IMG/VR virus record: IMGVR_UViG_3300042275_000518 | Location: 125,902-189,901 of that record | Strand: one strand, 5' to 3' | Length of the DNA stretch: 64,000 nt | From: a virus | Lineage: Duplodnaviria > Caudoviricetes | In this document: positions 19,456 through 28,214 of the stretch, in pieces | How positions within the stretch are numbered: position 1 is the stretch's first letter | Layout of the letters: every line of letters starts with the position of its first letter | Made by a program: the position numbers and the translations under genes | Notes under the pieces: generated by a model | What the model saw: only the letters and a program-made list of their open reading frames with translations | What the model was told of the DNA's origin: nothing | Databases searched by the model: none

Positions 19456-20412
19456 TTATTTTTCAGTAATTCTACTGATGTCATCAATTTTTGCAAATTC
19501 TTGTATATAATATATTGTTCTTGTATCTAAATTATTGCTTTTTTCAGTCTTTTCTGTTAAACCATTGTGGGCATTCATATGTTGATATATTACTTCCAAG
19601 ACTATTGTTTTAATATCCTCTGGCATATCTGATACTTCAGAAAACGCCTTTAGTGCGTACATCGCTGATACAAATTGATGGTTAAAATATCTGCCACCAT
19701 TTTTTGTGATTGACTTTCCTAAGTCATGAAATATTGCCGTAATTTTAAGCACTTTATCATCACCAGCATTTTCTATACACATATTAATATGCTCTTCAAT
19801 GCTTTCTAGATGATATGGTGTATCATGTGGACCAAATAGATTTTTCATTTCTTTTCTATACTCTGGGCCAACATAACCTATAAACTCTCTTAATGAATTT
19901 ACATTAAGAAGCCTAGTATAAGTCATTCCAGGTATAAAGAAATTAGTTTCTCCTTTTACGATTATATCGTCACAATCAACTCCAACTCGTGGAATTTGAA
20001 CTGTTTGATACATTCTCATTAGTGCATCAAATGGAACTTGACTTTCTTCATCTTTACTCTTATTATTTTGCTTAATAACAGAGAATGGTTCGACAAATAT
20101 TACAGCCCTAACATCAACTTTTCTTGACATTTTAGGTAGTATTGTATTATAGAAATATTTTCTCTTCTTTCTATTTAAATTTGTCGCATCATAGATAACG
20201 TCTCCTATTTGTATGCTGTCATCAATTCTATTATGAAGTTCGTTAAATACTAATTGATGATCAGCTTTCTCTTGTTTTTCAAGAGTATTAAATAGTTCTT
20301 TCCTAATTTTATCTGAGCTCACGGTAATGTGTTCTGTCATCTTAGATGTAAATCTTGATTTACCTGAACCCGAAGCTCCTATTAGGAAAAGGAGCTCATT
20401 TCGTTTGTTCAT
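19456..20412 (-). CDS. Polynucleotide kinase (AAA_33 P-loop) fused to an HD phosphohydrolase domain
   Basis: GASGSGKS, SSDKIRKE, YDATNL..R; PYHLESIEEH..IFHDLGK..NHQFVSA..QHM. Confidence 0.85.
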   Translation of the reverse strand: MNKRNELLFLIGASGSGKSRFTSKMTEHITVSSDKIRKELFNTLEKQEKADHQLVFNELHNRIDDSIQIGDVIYDATNLNRKKRKYFYNTILPKMSRKVDVRAVIFVEPFSVIKQNNKSKDEESQVPFDALMRMYQTVQIPRVGVDCDDIIVKGETNFFIPGMTYTRLLNVNSLREFIGYVGPEYRKEMKNLFGPHDTPYHLESIEEHINMCIENAGDDKVLKITAIFHDLGKSITKNGGRYFNHQFVSAMYALKAFSEVSDMPEDIKTIVLEVIYQHMNAHNGLTEKTEKSNNLDTRTIYYIQEFAKIDDISRITEK

Positions 20413-20426
20413 ATGAGAACTCCTTT

Positions 20427-20855
20427 CTATCTTATTTTTATCCACAACTCCAAGTCTTCTGGAAGGTTAGGATTTAATTCTAATAATTGACAGAATTCAT
20501 CAATCTTTTCTCGAACTTTTTCATCTTCGAATTCATGTCTCCGTAGGAATGCTATGAATCCGTTTATTATTTCTAGCACATCTTCACTATTCAAATCTGG
20601 ATAGTCAACAAATGCTAATTCATATACTTTTAAACTACCATGGAACGGGTCAGGCCAGTGAGACTGCACTTCTACATCAAAAAAGACCTTTTCGATTTTG
20701 TCCCTTTCGGTTATATCAAATGATGTTGTAATTGAATCTGTAGGTTTAACCCATGGATACTTTATAGGAATGATTTTCTTCAATATTTCTTGTGCTTTTT
20801 TATGGTCACCATAATACTTCTCGATAACCTCTTGCATAGGAAAATCTTTCTTCAT
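20427..20855 (-). CDS. Hypothetical protein (ends EDLELWIKIR)
   Basis: ORF between pnk and ligase. Confidence 0.7.
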   Translation of the reverse strand: MKKDFPMQEVIEKYYGDHKKAQEILKKIIPIKYPWVKPTDSITTSFDITERDKIEKVFFDVEVQSHWPDPFHGSLKVYELAFVDYPDLNSEDVLEIINGFIAFLRRHEFEDEKVREKIDEFCQLLELNPNLPEDLELWIKIR

Positions 20856-20856
20856 C

Positions 20857-21957
20857 CTATCCCTCTCTTTCGTCTTTAATAAATTTTTGGAAGACCATAC
20901 GTCTAAATGGTTCTCTCCAGGCGTCTCTTGATTTTAATGACAAGAATATCATATGCATTTTAGACTTAGTTTCCGGACTAGTTGCAATAACCTTTCGGTC
21001 AGAGAATTCGCCAGAAGCCCACTTCGCAGAGTATCCAAGCATTTCAGTTTCAAATTCTTTATAGAACGCAAATACTGTTTCAATATTTTCTTTGATATTT
21101 GGATGAGAAACTGCCGAAGCAACTAAATCATCATAAGTATCGTCAAAAATAGCATCCACTACAATTGAAAGCTTTCTGTATGTGAAGAATCTTCCGAAGA
21201 AGATTGCCACATCTTTTGACTTCATAAAATAGTCCTCAGTTTTAACTTTAAGCATATGGCCTGATTTAAATTTAATAACGAATCCTTCAACATCTTTCAA
21301 TTCAGATTGTGCTTTTTCAAGTTCATCTAATGATAGGTCATATTTCTTAACCATTGGAATATCTAATTCTCCTGCAGCAAGTCTAACTGTACTTGGGCTT
21401 AATATTGGTCCGTTTAAAAGAATTATATCATGAAGAATTAATTTTTCTTCTGGGTAATGAATCACTATTTGGTATCTTGGAGATACTAATTCAAATAGAA
21501 ATGTTGCATGTAAAAGTTTCATTTTAGATACTATGAAATCTTTTTGATCTTTATTAAATTTATTCTCAAATAACTCTTTTGCCAATAATGCATGCTCACT
21601 TTCAAAACTTCCTGACGATGCGAATATTAACTCGCCTTCATACAAGAATGTCATGATTAATGAGCCATCCACTTTTTCTTGCACTTCATACTCTTCATCT
21701 TTCCAATCAGAAAGTTGGCGAATATGTTCTGGAAGATCTTCTCTTCCTTCAAGTTCCTTATAATTGAAAAACTTCTTATAAGGTCTTGCTATAATATTAC
21801 CAGAGGAATCTAAAATTAGACCTCTGGCATCCAATGCGCCCTCAATCGACCAGTCAATGCCAAGATGGATATACTTGACAAGATAAAGATCCTTTTCAGG
21901 ATGTTTATTGACCATAAAATATTGTGGGTACTGTCTGTAATGTTCTAATAAATTCAT
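20857..21957 (-). CDS. T4 Rnl1-like RNA ligase
   Basis: ARGLI..ARPYKKFFN, EKVDGSLI (motif I), FELVSP, EGFVI, KVKT; SD AAGGAGG before ATG 21957. Confidence 0.9.
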   Translation of the reverse strand: MNLLEHYRQYPQYFMVNKHPEKDLYLVKYIHLGIDWSIEGALDARGLILDSSGNIIARPYKKFFNYKELEGREDLPEHIRQLSDWKDEEYEVQEKVDGSLIMTFLYEGELIFASSGSFESEHALLAKELFENKFNKDQKDFIVSKMKLLHATFLFELVSPRYQIVIHYPEEKLILHDIILLNGPILSPSTVRLAAGELDIPMVKKYDLSLDELEKAQSELKDVEGFVIKFKSGHMLKVKTEDYFMKSKDVAIFFGRFFTYRKLSIVVDAIFDDTYDDLVASAVSHPNIKENIETVFAFYKEFETEMLGYSAKWASGEFSDRKVIATSPETKSKMHMIFLSLKSRDAWREPFRRMVFQKFIKDEREG

Positions 21958-21982
21958 AATTTTAAATTCCTCCTTGTTATTT

Positions 21983-22528
21983 TTAGGAATCTTTTCCTTC
22001 ATATCCTTTTGTTTTGATAGTAAAACCTTTACTAGTGAATAGTTCGTTAAGCTCATCATCAAAGAATTGCTCAAGCATTGAATCAGGAGAATTAAGTGCA
22101 TCTATCGCGTAATCATAATATTCTAGAACATAATTACCTAACTCATAAAAATATTCATCATTCTCATCAAAAATATTATGTCTTGGATCAGATTCAAGTA
22201 CTTTTTCACCGTTTATCTCATTGAGATACAAATAAACATCTATACCATTATATCTAACCTGATAGTGAACTTCTAAATTTAAATTTAATGATTTTAAATT
22301 TCTAACATCAATGTCCTGACCTGTACTGTTGCTTAGAACTTGGTTAAGCTCATTAATACTCATTCTAATTCTTCTAGGCGGTACAATAGTTTCAACACTA
22401 AAAGATACTTTTGTTTTGTTTACTTGGAACTCTTTTTTCGTAATTCCATTTGAAATGTGCGTCTTAATTTTTTCAAGGGCTTTTTCTAATAGAGAGTCAT
22501 CCTCAAAGTTAATAATTAATTTTTTCAT
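21983..22528 (-). CDS. Hypothetical protein
   Basis: SD GAGGAGG. Confidence 0.7.
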   Translation of the reverse strand: MKKLIINFEDDSLLEKALEKIKTHISNGITKKEFQVNKTKVSFSVETIVPPRRIRMSINELNQVLSNSTGQDIDVRNLKSLNLNLEVHYQVRYNGIDVYLYLNEINGEKVLESDPRHNIFDENDEYFYELGNYVLEYYDYAIDALNSPDSMLEQFFDDELNELFTSKGFTIKTKGYEGKDS

Positions 22529-22551
22529 AATTTTAAATTCCTCCTCTTATT

Positions 22552-22956
22552 TTAAACTATAAAGAATGCACTCCACGATTTTTCATTGAATACATCATCT
22601 AAAAATATTTTTGTTTTTATATAAGCTTCTCCTATACCATAACACAATATGCTTTCAGGGTCTCCTTCAATAATATCCTCACCATCTATAAATCTAGCAA
22701 TTATATGGTATATACTTTTATATTCTTCTTTGAATAGTTGATTCAATATTTTTAAAATTTCTGATTCATTTTCTTCCAAAAACCAATCGGGACCTTCTTC
22801 GTCATCAAAGAAGGATACTTGGAACATTAACGGTTTATGCATTTGAAACTCAATTCGACTATCATCATCTGCAAGAAATTCTTTTATGTTTTTCCATTTT
22901 GTAGGATATACAGTGTTAAATTCTTTAAACAGAATAGCCATTTCATCATATGTCAA
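22552..22956 (-). CDS. Hypothetical protein
   Basis: Acidic ORF in operon, TTG start. Confidence 0.65.
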   Translation of the reverse strand: MTYDEMAILFKEFNTVYPTKWKNIKEFLADDDSRIEFQMHKPLMFQVSFFDDEEGPDWFLEENESEILKILNQLFKEEYKSIYHIIARFIDGEDIIEGDPESILCYGIGEAYIKTKIFLDDVFNEKSWSAFFIV

Positions 22957-23147
22957 TTTTCTAATAATTTTAGTTTCCTCCTTGTTTTAATACTTTTTTA
23001 GCAAACTTCACTATCTTTTCCTTATCTTCTTTTGATAACTCTATTTCGGTGAATCCTGTTAATTGCAGTATCATTGTATATAGCTGCTTTGCTTCTAATT
23101 CTGTAATTTTAATATTTTTATCCATTACTTTTAGTTCCTCCTTTGTT

Positions 23148-23456
23148 TTATTTAACGTCTACTTCTTGTACAACAATTTGAATACATTCCATAATATCAT
23201 TATACCACTCTTCAGGGTCTAATTTTTCTGCTGGAAATTCTTCATCTGTATCCCATCTCATTGCTACGATTCTTCTAGATTCGTCTACAACTTTTTCATC
23301 TTCTTCATGTATCCAAACTTCTTTGAATTTTTCATCTGCAAGTTTTTCAGCATCATCTTTATTAGAAAAAGTATCTAATAACTCCTCTTCCACTGTCCAC
23401 ATTTCTGTTTCTGGACTATCAAATCCAGTAATTTCTTTTACTTGATATATTTTCAT
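23148..23456 (-). CDS. Hypothetical acidic protein
   Basis: SD GGAGG. Confidence 0.7.
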   Translation of the reverse strand: MKIYQVKEITGFDSPETEMWTVEEELLDTFSNKDDAEKLADEKFKEVWIHEEDEKVVDESRRIVAMRWDTDEEFPAEKLDPEEWYNDIMECIQIVVQEVDVK

Positions 23457-23477
23457 AATTTTATTTCCTCCCAATTT

Positions 23478-23822
23478 TTATTTTATTAACTCTTTTATTT
23501 TTTTATTAATATCTGGATGTTTTTTAGCTTTTTCCTCTTTAAATGTGATTTTTCCACCAGAGTTAGCTATTTTAATTTCTCCTATACCAGTGTGTTGCCC
23601 TTGAGTAACCTTATCATCCACCATTATATAAAATCCTCTCGAGGATTTGTACCATTGAGGTGCAATAACTACTGGAAAATTACAAATTTTATTTAATTCG
23701 CTTTTTAGATCTGATACTAATTGATCTGATACTGAGTTTTTAAGTTCATATTCTAATTTTTCAATTTCAGAATTTAGTCTGCCTATTTCTTGCGTTTTAT
23801 TTATATATTCGTCAAATATCAT
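23478..23822 (-). CDS. Hypothetical protein
   Basis: SD GAAGGAGG. Confidence 0.7.
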   Translation of the reverse strand: MIFDEYINKTQEIGRLNSEIEKLEYELKNSVSDQLVSDLKSELNKICNFPVVIAPQWYKSSRGFYIMVDDKVTQGQHTGIGEIKIANSGGKITFKEEKAKKHPDINKKIKELIK

Positions 23823-23839
23823 TCTAAAATCCTCCTTCT

Positions 23840-24067
23840 TTAATAAAGATAATCTCCCTGGTTATCTAAATCATCATAATATTTTCTTTCTGCAAATTCT
23901 TCTATTTCTTCATTTTCTAAAAGTGCACTGCATGCAAACGTTCCATGAAATTTAATAGTTAACCTTTTATAAAACTGACCTTTTTGTATAATATCACCAG
24001 TTATAGGGCATTTAAACTCCTTAGTTGCAGTATGTTCACTTATTTTTGTTATAGGGCCTCTACCCAT
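23840..24067 (-). CDS. Hypothetical protein
   Basis: SD GGAGGT. Confidence 0.65.
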   Translation of the reverse strand: MGRGPITKISEHTATKEFKCPITGDIIQKGQFYKRLTIKFHGTFACSALLENEEIEEFAERKYYDDLDNQGDYLY

Positions 24068-24080
24068 TTAAATTTACCTC

Positions 24081-24425
24081 CTAATGGAATTTTCTCCATA
24101 ACTTAAAATCTTCTTTGTCCATTTCTAATAAAGACTTAACTACCTCAAAAGGAATAACTTTGATATCTGGATCATTTTCGAAAAATACCATATCAAATAC
24201 TACTTGGTTATATTTTGGATGATCTTTATCATCTATAAGTTCTATAACAACTGCTTTAAGATTTTTAAATATTTTTTCAGCAGTATTACTCAAATAGAAT
24301 GAATATGTCTTTTCAGAAATCTTTAACTTTTCTGTTTCGTCAATTTTTTTCATTATATCCATATATTCATTTCCACCGGTTACTTTGATTGAGATCTTAT
24401 TTCTTAATATCTCTTCAATACTCAT
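24081..24425 (-). CDS. Hypothetical protein (ends KEDFKLWRKFH)
   Basis: ORF in operon. Confidence 0.65.
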   Translation of the reverse strand: MSIEEILRNKISIKVTGGNEYMDIMKKIDETEKLKISEKTYSFYLSNTAEKIFKNLKAVVIELIDDKDHPKYNQVVFDMVFFENDPDIKVIPFEVVKSLLEMDKEDFKLWRKFH

Positions 24426-24427
24426 AG

Positions 24428-24895
24428 TTAAACCTTATCCGATAAAAATTCATTATCATTTAGTCTAATTTTTTCTTGTGATTGAATCTCTAAATCATCA
24501 ATCCATTTCTCAAAATTTACTTCGATTAATTCTACAAATTTATCATTGTTTCCTCTTTGCTTCAATCTTTGAACATATGTTTCTTTTGAGTCTTTTGATG
24601 GATAAGCAAGTTTAAACTCAATACCTCTCTCTTGAAGAATTGATCTTACTTGTGGATCCATTGAAATAAATACTGTTTTACCTTCATCGCTTAGTTTTGT
24701 CATTTCAGAAATATAGTTTTCAGGCCATTCTGGACTTTGTTCCTTTGGTAGACCTTTTCTTTCCTCAACTGACATTTCTAATTGTTCTTGTGGAATTACC
24801 CACTTAAAATTACTTGATTCTAAATCTACAAATTTATTTGGTTGTTCTTGTGCAAGAGTTGTCTTTCCAATTCCTGCAAATCCTGAAATAATCAT
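24428..24895 (-). CDS. P-loop NTPase, nucleotide-kinase-like
   Basis: MIISGFAGIGKT, VDLESS, WPENYI, RLKQRGN. Confidence 0.75.
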   Translation of the reverse strand: MIISGFAGIGKTTLAQEQPNKFVDLESSNFKWVIPQEQLEMSVEERKGLPKEQSPEWPENYISEMTKLSDEGKTVFISMDPQVRSILQERGIEFKLAYPSKDSKETYVQRLKQRGNNDKFVELIEVNFEKWIDDLEIQSQEKIRLNDNEFLSDKV

Positions 24896-25089
24896 AGTTC
24901 CCCCTTTTCGATTCCATCAATAATTGTATCTAACTCATCGTCTTCAAGATAGAATACATCTTTTTTATATTTTTTACGTGCTAATGATGATACTGTATCC
25001 ATTAATTGCATGAATCTAAGATCTGGAAATTGCTTCCATAATTCAGTTATTTTTTTCATTAGCGGATCGATTCTTTTAATATCTCTCAT
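24892..25089 (-). CDS. Small hypothetical protein (MRDIKRI..WKQFPDLRF type) ending in TGA with ATGA overlap
   Basis: The stop TGA overlaps the ATG of the next gene (CTATGATT). Confidence 0.75.
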   Translation of the reverse strand: MRDIKRIDPLMKKITELWKQFPDLRFMQLMDTVSSLARKKYKKDVFYLEDDELDTIIDGIEKGEL

Positions 25090-25091
25090 TT

Positions 25092-25439
25092 TTATTCTCT
25101 CCCTCTGAGTTTCAATAGTAGTTTTGATTCTTCACTGAGGCCTTCTTTTATATTTTTATACATATTAATAATAATTTCTGGTGGTGTTATAGTCATATCC
25201 ATGGCTGCTGCAGCTAAGATGTCAGTAAGAATATTTATATAATATTTTCCACCATCATTCTTCCAATCTTCATAAAGTTCTCTCAGATATTTGTAATCAT
25301 ATCCAGTATCTAGTTCAATCTGTAAAAGAGAATCAACTATATGTGAATCATTTTCCATATTTTCCAATAACTTGATTTCTTCAAAACAATTTTCAATCTG
25401 TTGCGTAAAATAATTTACTAAAAATGTTGTAATACGCAT
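25092..25439 (-). CDS. Hypothetical protein (ends EESKLLLKLRGRE)
   Basis: TAATG overlap with the upstream gene. Confidence 0.7.
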   Translation of the reverse strand: MRITTFLVNYFTQQIENCFEEIKLLENMENDSHIVDSLLQIELDTGYDYKYLRELYEDWKNDGGKYYINILTDILAAAAMDMTITPPEIIINMYKNIKEGLSEESKLLLKLRGRE

Positions 25440-25822
25440 TATCTATTGTACCACATTACATGACTATATGATTCATCTAGATTTTGTACTGTATAGATAT
25501 CATCATATTCATATCTACCATCTGAATAGGCACCAGAACCATCATAGTCAATGATACCACCAGATTCGACCATCTTCTTGAATTCCTTCATGGTAAAAAG
25601 GCCACCAATATCTGGCTGTCCATTTATCATCGTTATTTCAGTTCTTTTTTCTTTACTATGGTCTTTGTCATTTGATATTAATTTATTTGATGCACTTACT
25701 CTGCTACGGGACTTAATAACCCCAAAATGCGAATCTTCGGCTATAAATTCAGCAACACCAGCATTCGGTGCCTCAACTTTATATATTTCTTTAACTATAA
25801 TTTCAACTTCATATACTGGCAT
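25439..25822 (-). CDS. Hypothetical protein
   Basis: IIDYDGSG..HVMWYNR phage-type motif. Confidence 0.7.
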   Translation of the reverse strand: MPVYEVEIIVKEIYKVEAPNAGVAEFIAEDSHFGVIKSRSRVSASNKLISNDKDHSKEKRTEITMINGQPDIGGLFTMKEFKKMVESGGIIDYDGSGAYSDGRYEYDDIYTVQNLDESYSHVMWYNR

Positions 25823-25823
25823 A

Positions 25824-26000
25824 CTACGCCTCCTTTTTAGAATGTTCTTTCAAATTCTCCATAGGAACTTCAATTGTTTTAAGTTCCCCTTCCCACTCAA
25901 TATTAACTTTTGGATCAGGCCAAGAATCTTCAACAAATAAACCTGTTAAACCTGCGGCCCAATGATTACCTATGATTTTTACTAAATCGTCTTTTTTCAT
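25824..26000 (-). CDS. Small hypothetical protein (58 aa, KOW/SH3-like), missed by the ORF track
   Basis: MKKDDLVKIIGNHWAAGLTG..KVNIEWEG..EVPMENLK; fills the operon gap. Confidence 0.6.
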   Translation of the reverse strand: MKKDDLVKIIGNHWAAGLTGLFVEDSWPDPKVNIEWEGELKTIEVPMENLKEHSKKEA

Positions 26001-26012
26001 AATATCCTTCTA

Positions 26013-26492
26013 TTAGTCCCAGAACATAGCATGATACTTTTCTAAAAGCATGAAAAGTTCTTTACTATCTTCTTCATAATTTCCTTTATCTGGATATCTA
26101 TCCCAATTCTCATCTTCTTCTAATACACAACTAATAAGGAAACTTATTCTATCGACTATTAGCTCATAGGCCATCATCGCAATTCTTGATGTTTCGTCAT
26201 TTAGAATTTCTGTTTCTTTTAATTGATATAATACTATCGGAGAGAAGCCAAATGCGCGTCTTTTCATATTTTTAATATAATTCTGCAAATATCCCCTTAC
26301 AGATTCCAGCATGATACTATCAGTCATCCACCAAGTAGTAGGAAAATATCCTGTCGCTACCCATTTACAAGTATACCAGAGAGCTCTTGGAAGATACCTG
26401 AAAAATGCAAATATTTTTTTGAAAATATTTCTTCTGTTACTTCCTATTACGACTTTCCAGCCGATAAGAAGCTCTTCAATGCTCCAACGCAT
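26013..26492 (-). CDS. Hypothetical protein
   Basis: SD GGAGG; all Trp codons are TGG. Confidence 0.7.
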   Translation of the reverse strand: MRWSIEELLIGWKVVIGSNRRNIFKKIFAFFRYLPRALWYTCKWVATGYFPTTWWMTDSIMLESVRGYLQNYIKNMKRRAFGFSPIVLYQLKETEILNDETSRIAMMAYELIVDRISFLISCVLEEDENWDRYPDKGNYEEDSKELFMLLEKYHAMFWD

Positions 26493-26501
26493 ATTTTCCT
26501 C

Positions 26502-26774
26502 CTATTCTCGATGAAGTTTATACCATAATAATGCTGCTTCATCGTCCTCAAATTCAAATATATCATTAATTGATATAAATGTAATACCTCCACCTTCATG
26601 AAAAATCTTATCTTCAATAAGTTCTTCAACTTCAAACTCATCACCTTCAAATATAAAATTCTTTGCCTTAATCTCATCTTTTGTGATTACACGACCAAGT
26701 ATTTTTTCTGTTAAAAGTGTTCCATTTTCTAGTCGGACTTTTCTCAAAACTCCATATTTTTTTAGTATCCCCAT
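26502..26774 (-). CDS. Hypothetical protein with C-terminal tag (FEDDEAALLWYKLHRE)
   Basis: SD GAGG. Confidence 0.7.
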   Translation of the reverse strand: MGILKKYGVLRKVRLENGTLLTEKILGRVITKDEIKAKNFIFEGDEFEVEELIEDKIFHEGGGITFISINDIFEFEDDEAALLWYKLHRE

Positions 26775-27067
26775 TTTTGTATATCCTCTTCTATTTTAGT
26801 TGGGTCACCAATAGTTACAATAGGATATGTTTCATGAGGACGTGCTTCGTTATTAATTCTAACAGCTTTAATTTCTATTTTTAGATTATATTTTTCTGGG
26901 TTATAATGCATTTTTACATCATCAATAACTTCTTCAAAAATATATTCTAATTGCCCTTTTTCATCTAGTCTTTCTGACGCTTCTTTATACAGACTGAGAT
27001 TTGCCCTAGCAACTTCATCTGTTTCTTTGTAGTGCCACCAGACTTTGTAGTGCATTCCTACTAACAT
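26762..27067 (-). CDS. Hypothetical protein
   Basis: SD GGAGGG before ATG 27067. Confidence 0.65.
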   Translation of the reverse strand: MLVGMHYKVWWHYKETDEVARANLSLYKEASERLDEKGQLEYIFEEVIDDVKMHYNPEKYNLKIEIKAVRINNEARPHETYPIVTIGDPTKIEEDIQKWGY

Positions 27068-27077
27068 ATCTTCCCTC

Positions 27078-27464
27078 CTAATATTGTGACAATAGGTTTG
27101 TAATTGCTTGAAGTAAATCGATACTGATATTGTAGTCATGAAGTAAAAGCGCGCCGTTGAGCTCACTAAATTTTCTGTCATATCTAACCATTACAAAACT
27201 GCCAATTTCGATAGTAACTTCATTTTCATCAATTTTAATATCTATTTCTTCACCGAACTCTTCTTTAAATAATTTTTTAACATCGATTGGAGTAACTTTT
27301 TTGATGTCTAATAATTCTTTTTCAGTTCTCTCTTTTCCAAATGGAATTCTTACATCAATAAATCCGTCTAGGAAATCTGCGTTATAGACTGTCCCCTCAA
27401 CTTTTTGTCCTTGAATCTCAATTTCACTAATACCAACTTTAATTGGTCCTTCAAATGCTTTCAT
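27078..27464 (-). CDS. Hypothetical protein
   Basis: SD AAGGAGG. Confidence 0.7.
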   Translation of the reverse strand: MKAFEGPIKVGISEIEIQGQKVEGTVYNADFLDGFIDVRIPFGKERTEKELLDIKKVTPIDVKKLFKEEFGEEIDIKIDENEVTIEIGSFVMVRYDRKFSELNGALLLHDYNISIDLLQAITNLLSQY

Positions 27465-27478
27465 ATAATTTCCTCCTT

Positions 27479-27787
27479 TTATTTTTCTCCACTTATATAA
27501 GTGATAGTTGTTACAAAATAATCTTCTGATAAATCATTTTTAGTTTCTAGTATTACTCCACCACTTTTGATTATATCATTTAGTACAGAATTCAAACCAT
27601 TAAGCTCAGACATATTCTTCCTCTCTATTGGAATAATAGATGTCCTTATATCAAGATCGACATTTTGCAACTTTGCATATACTAGTATTTCGTCTAATAA
27701 ATCTATTTGTGCTTGTAATTCAGGTGATTGGTCTTTTATTGATCTAAGATCTCTTTGTCTTTCTAATAAATATTTAGCTAATTTCAT
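27479..27787 (-). CDS. Hypothetical protein
   Basis: SD AAGGAG. Confidence 0.7.
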   Translation of the reverse strand: MKLAKYLLERQRDLRSIKDQSPELQAQIDLLDEILVYAKLQNVDLDIRTSIIPIERKNMSELNGLNSVLNDIIKSGGVILETKNDLSEDYFVTTITYISGEK

Positions 27788-27788
27788 A

Positions 27789-28136
27789 TTATCTCCTTAA
27801 TTTTAATAATAATTTTAATGACTCTTCATCGATATTTTCTAATTCCTCTGTATCTATAATAAAATAGTCAAAAATATTACGATCAAAGGATTCCCATTTT
27901 TCACTTTCTAACTCATCTATTATAGTTCCTCTATATATGTATCTTTTATCTTCTACATATTTTAGAAAGGGAATAGTTAGTAGAATGTCATCAAATTCTG
28001 AATGACTACTATATAAAATATTATCTTCAAAGAGCATAATAGAAAGTCTGTAATCTTTTTCTTTTAGAAATATGGCTGATTTTTCTTTAACTTCATCTAA
28101 AATTATCGCAATTTTTTTATTTAAATCTTTTTGCAT
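27789..28136 (-). CDS. Hypothetical protein (ends DEESLKLLLKLRR)
   Basis: First gene after the early motif at 28174. Confidence 0.7.
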   Translation of the reverse strand: MQKDLNKKIAIILDEVKEKSAIFLKEKDYRLSIMLFEDNILYSSHSEFDDILLTIPFLKYVEDKRYIYRGTIIDELESEKWESFDRNIFDYFIIDTEELENIDEESLKLLLKLRR

Positions 28137-28214
28137 ACTATTCCTCCTTATTTATTCACACTACCTCATTCTTATAATATATAAATAAAAGAAATATTAA
28201 AAAAGTAATAATCC

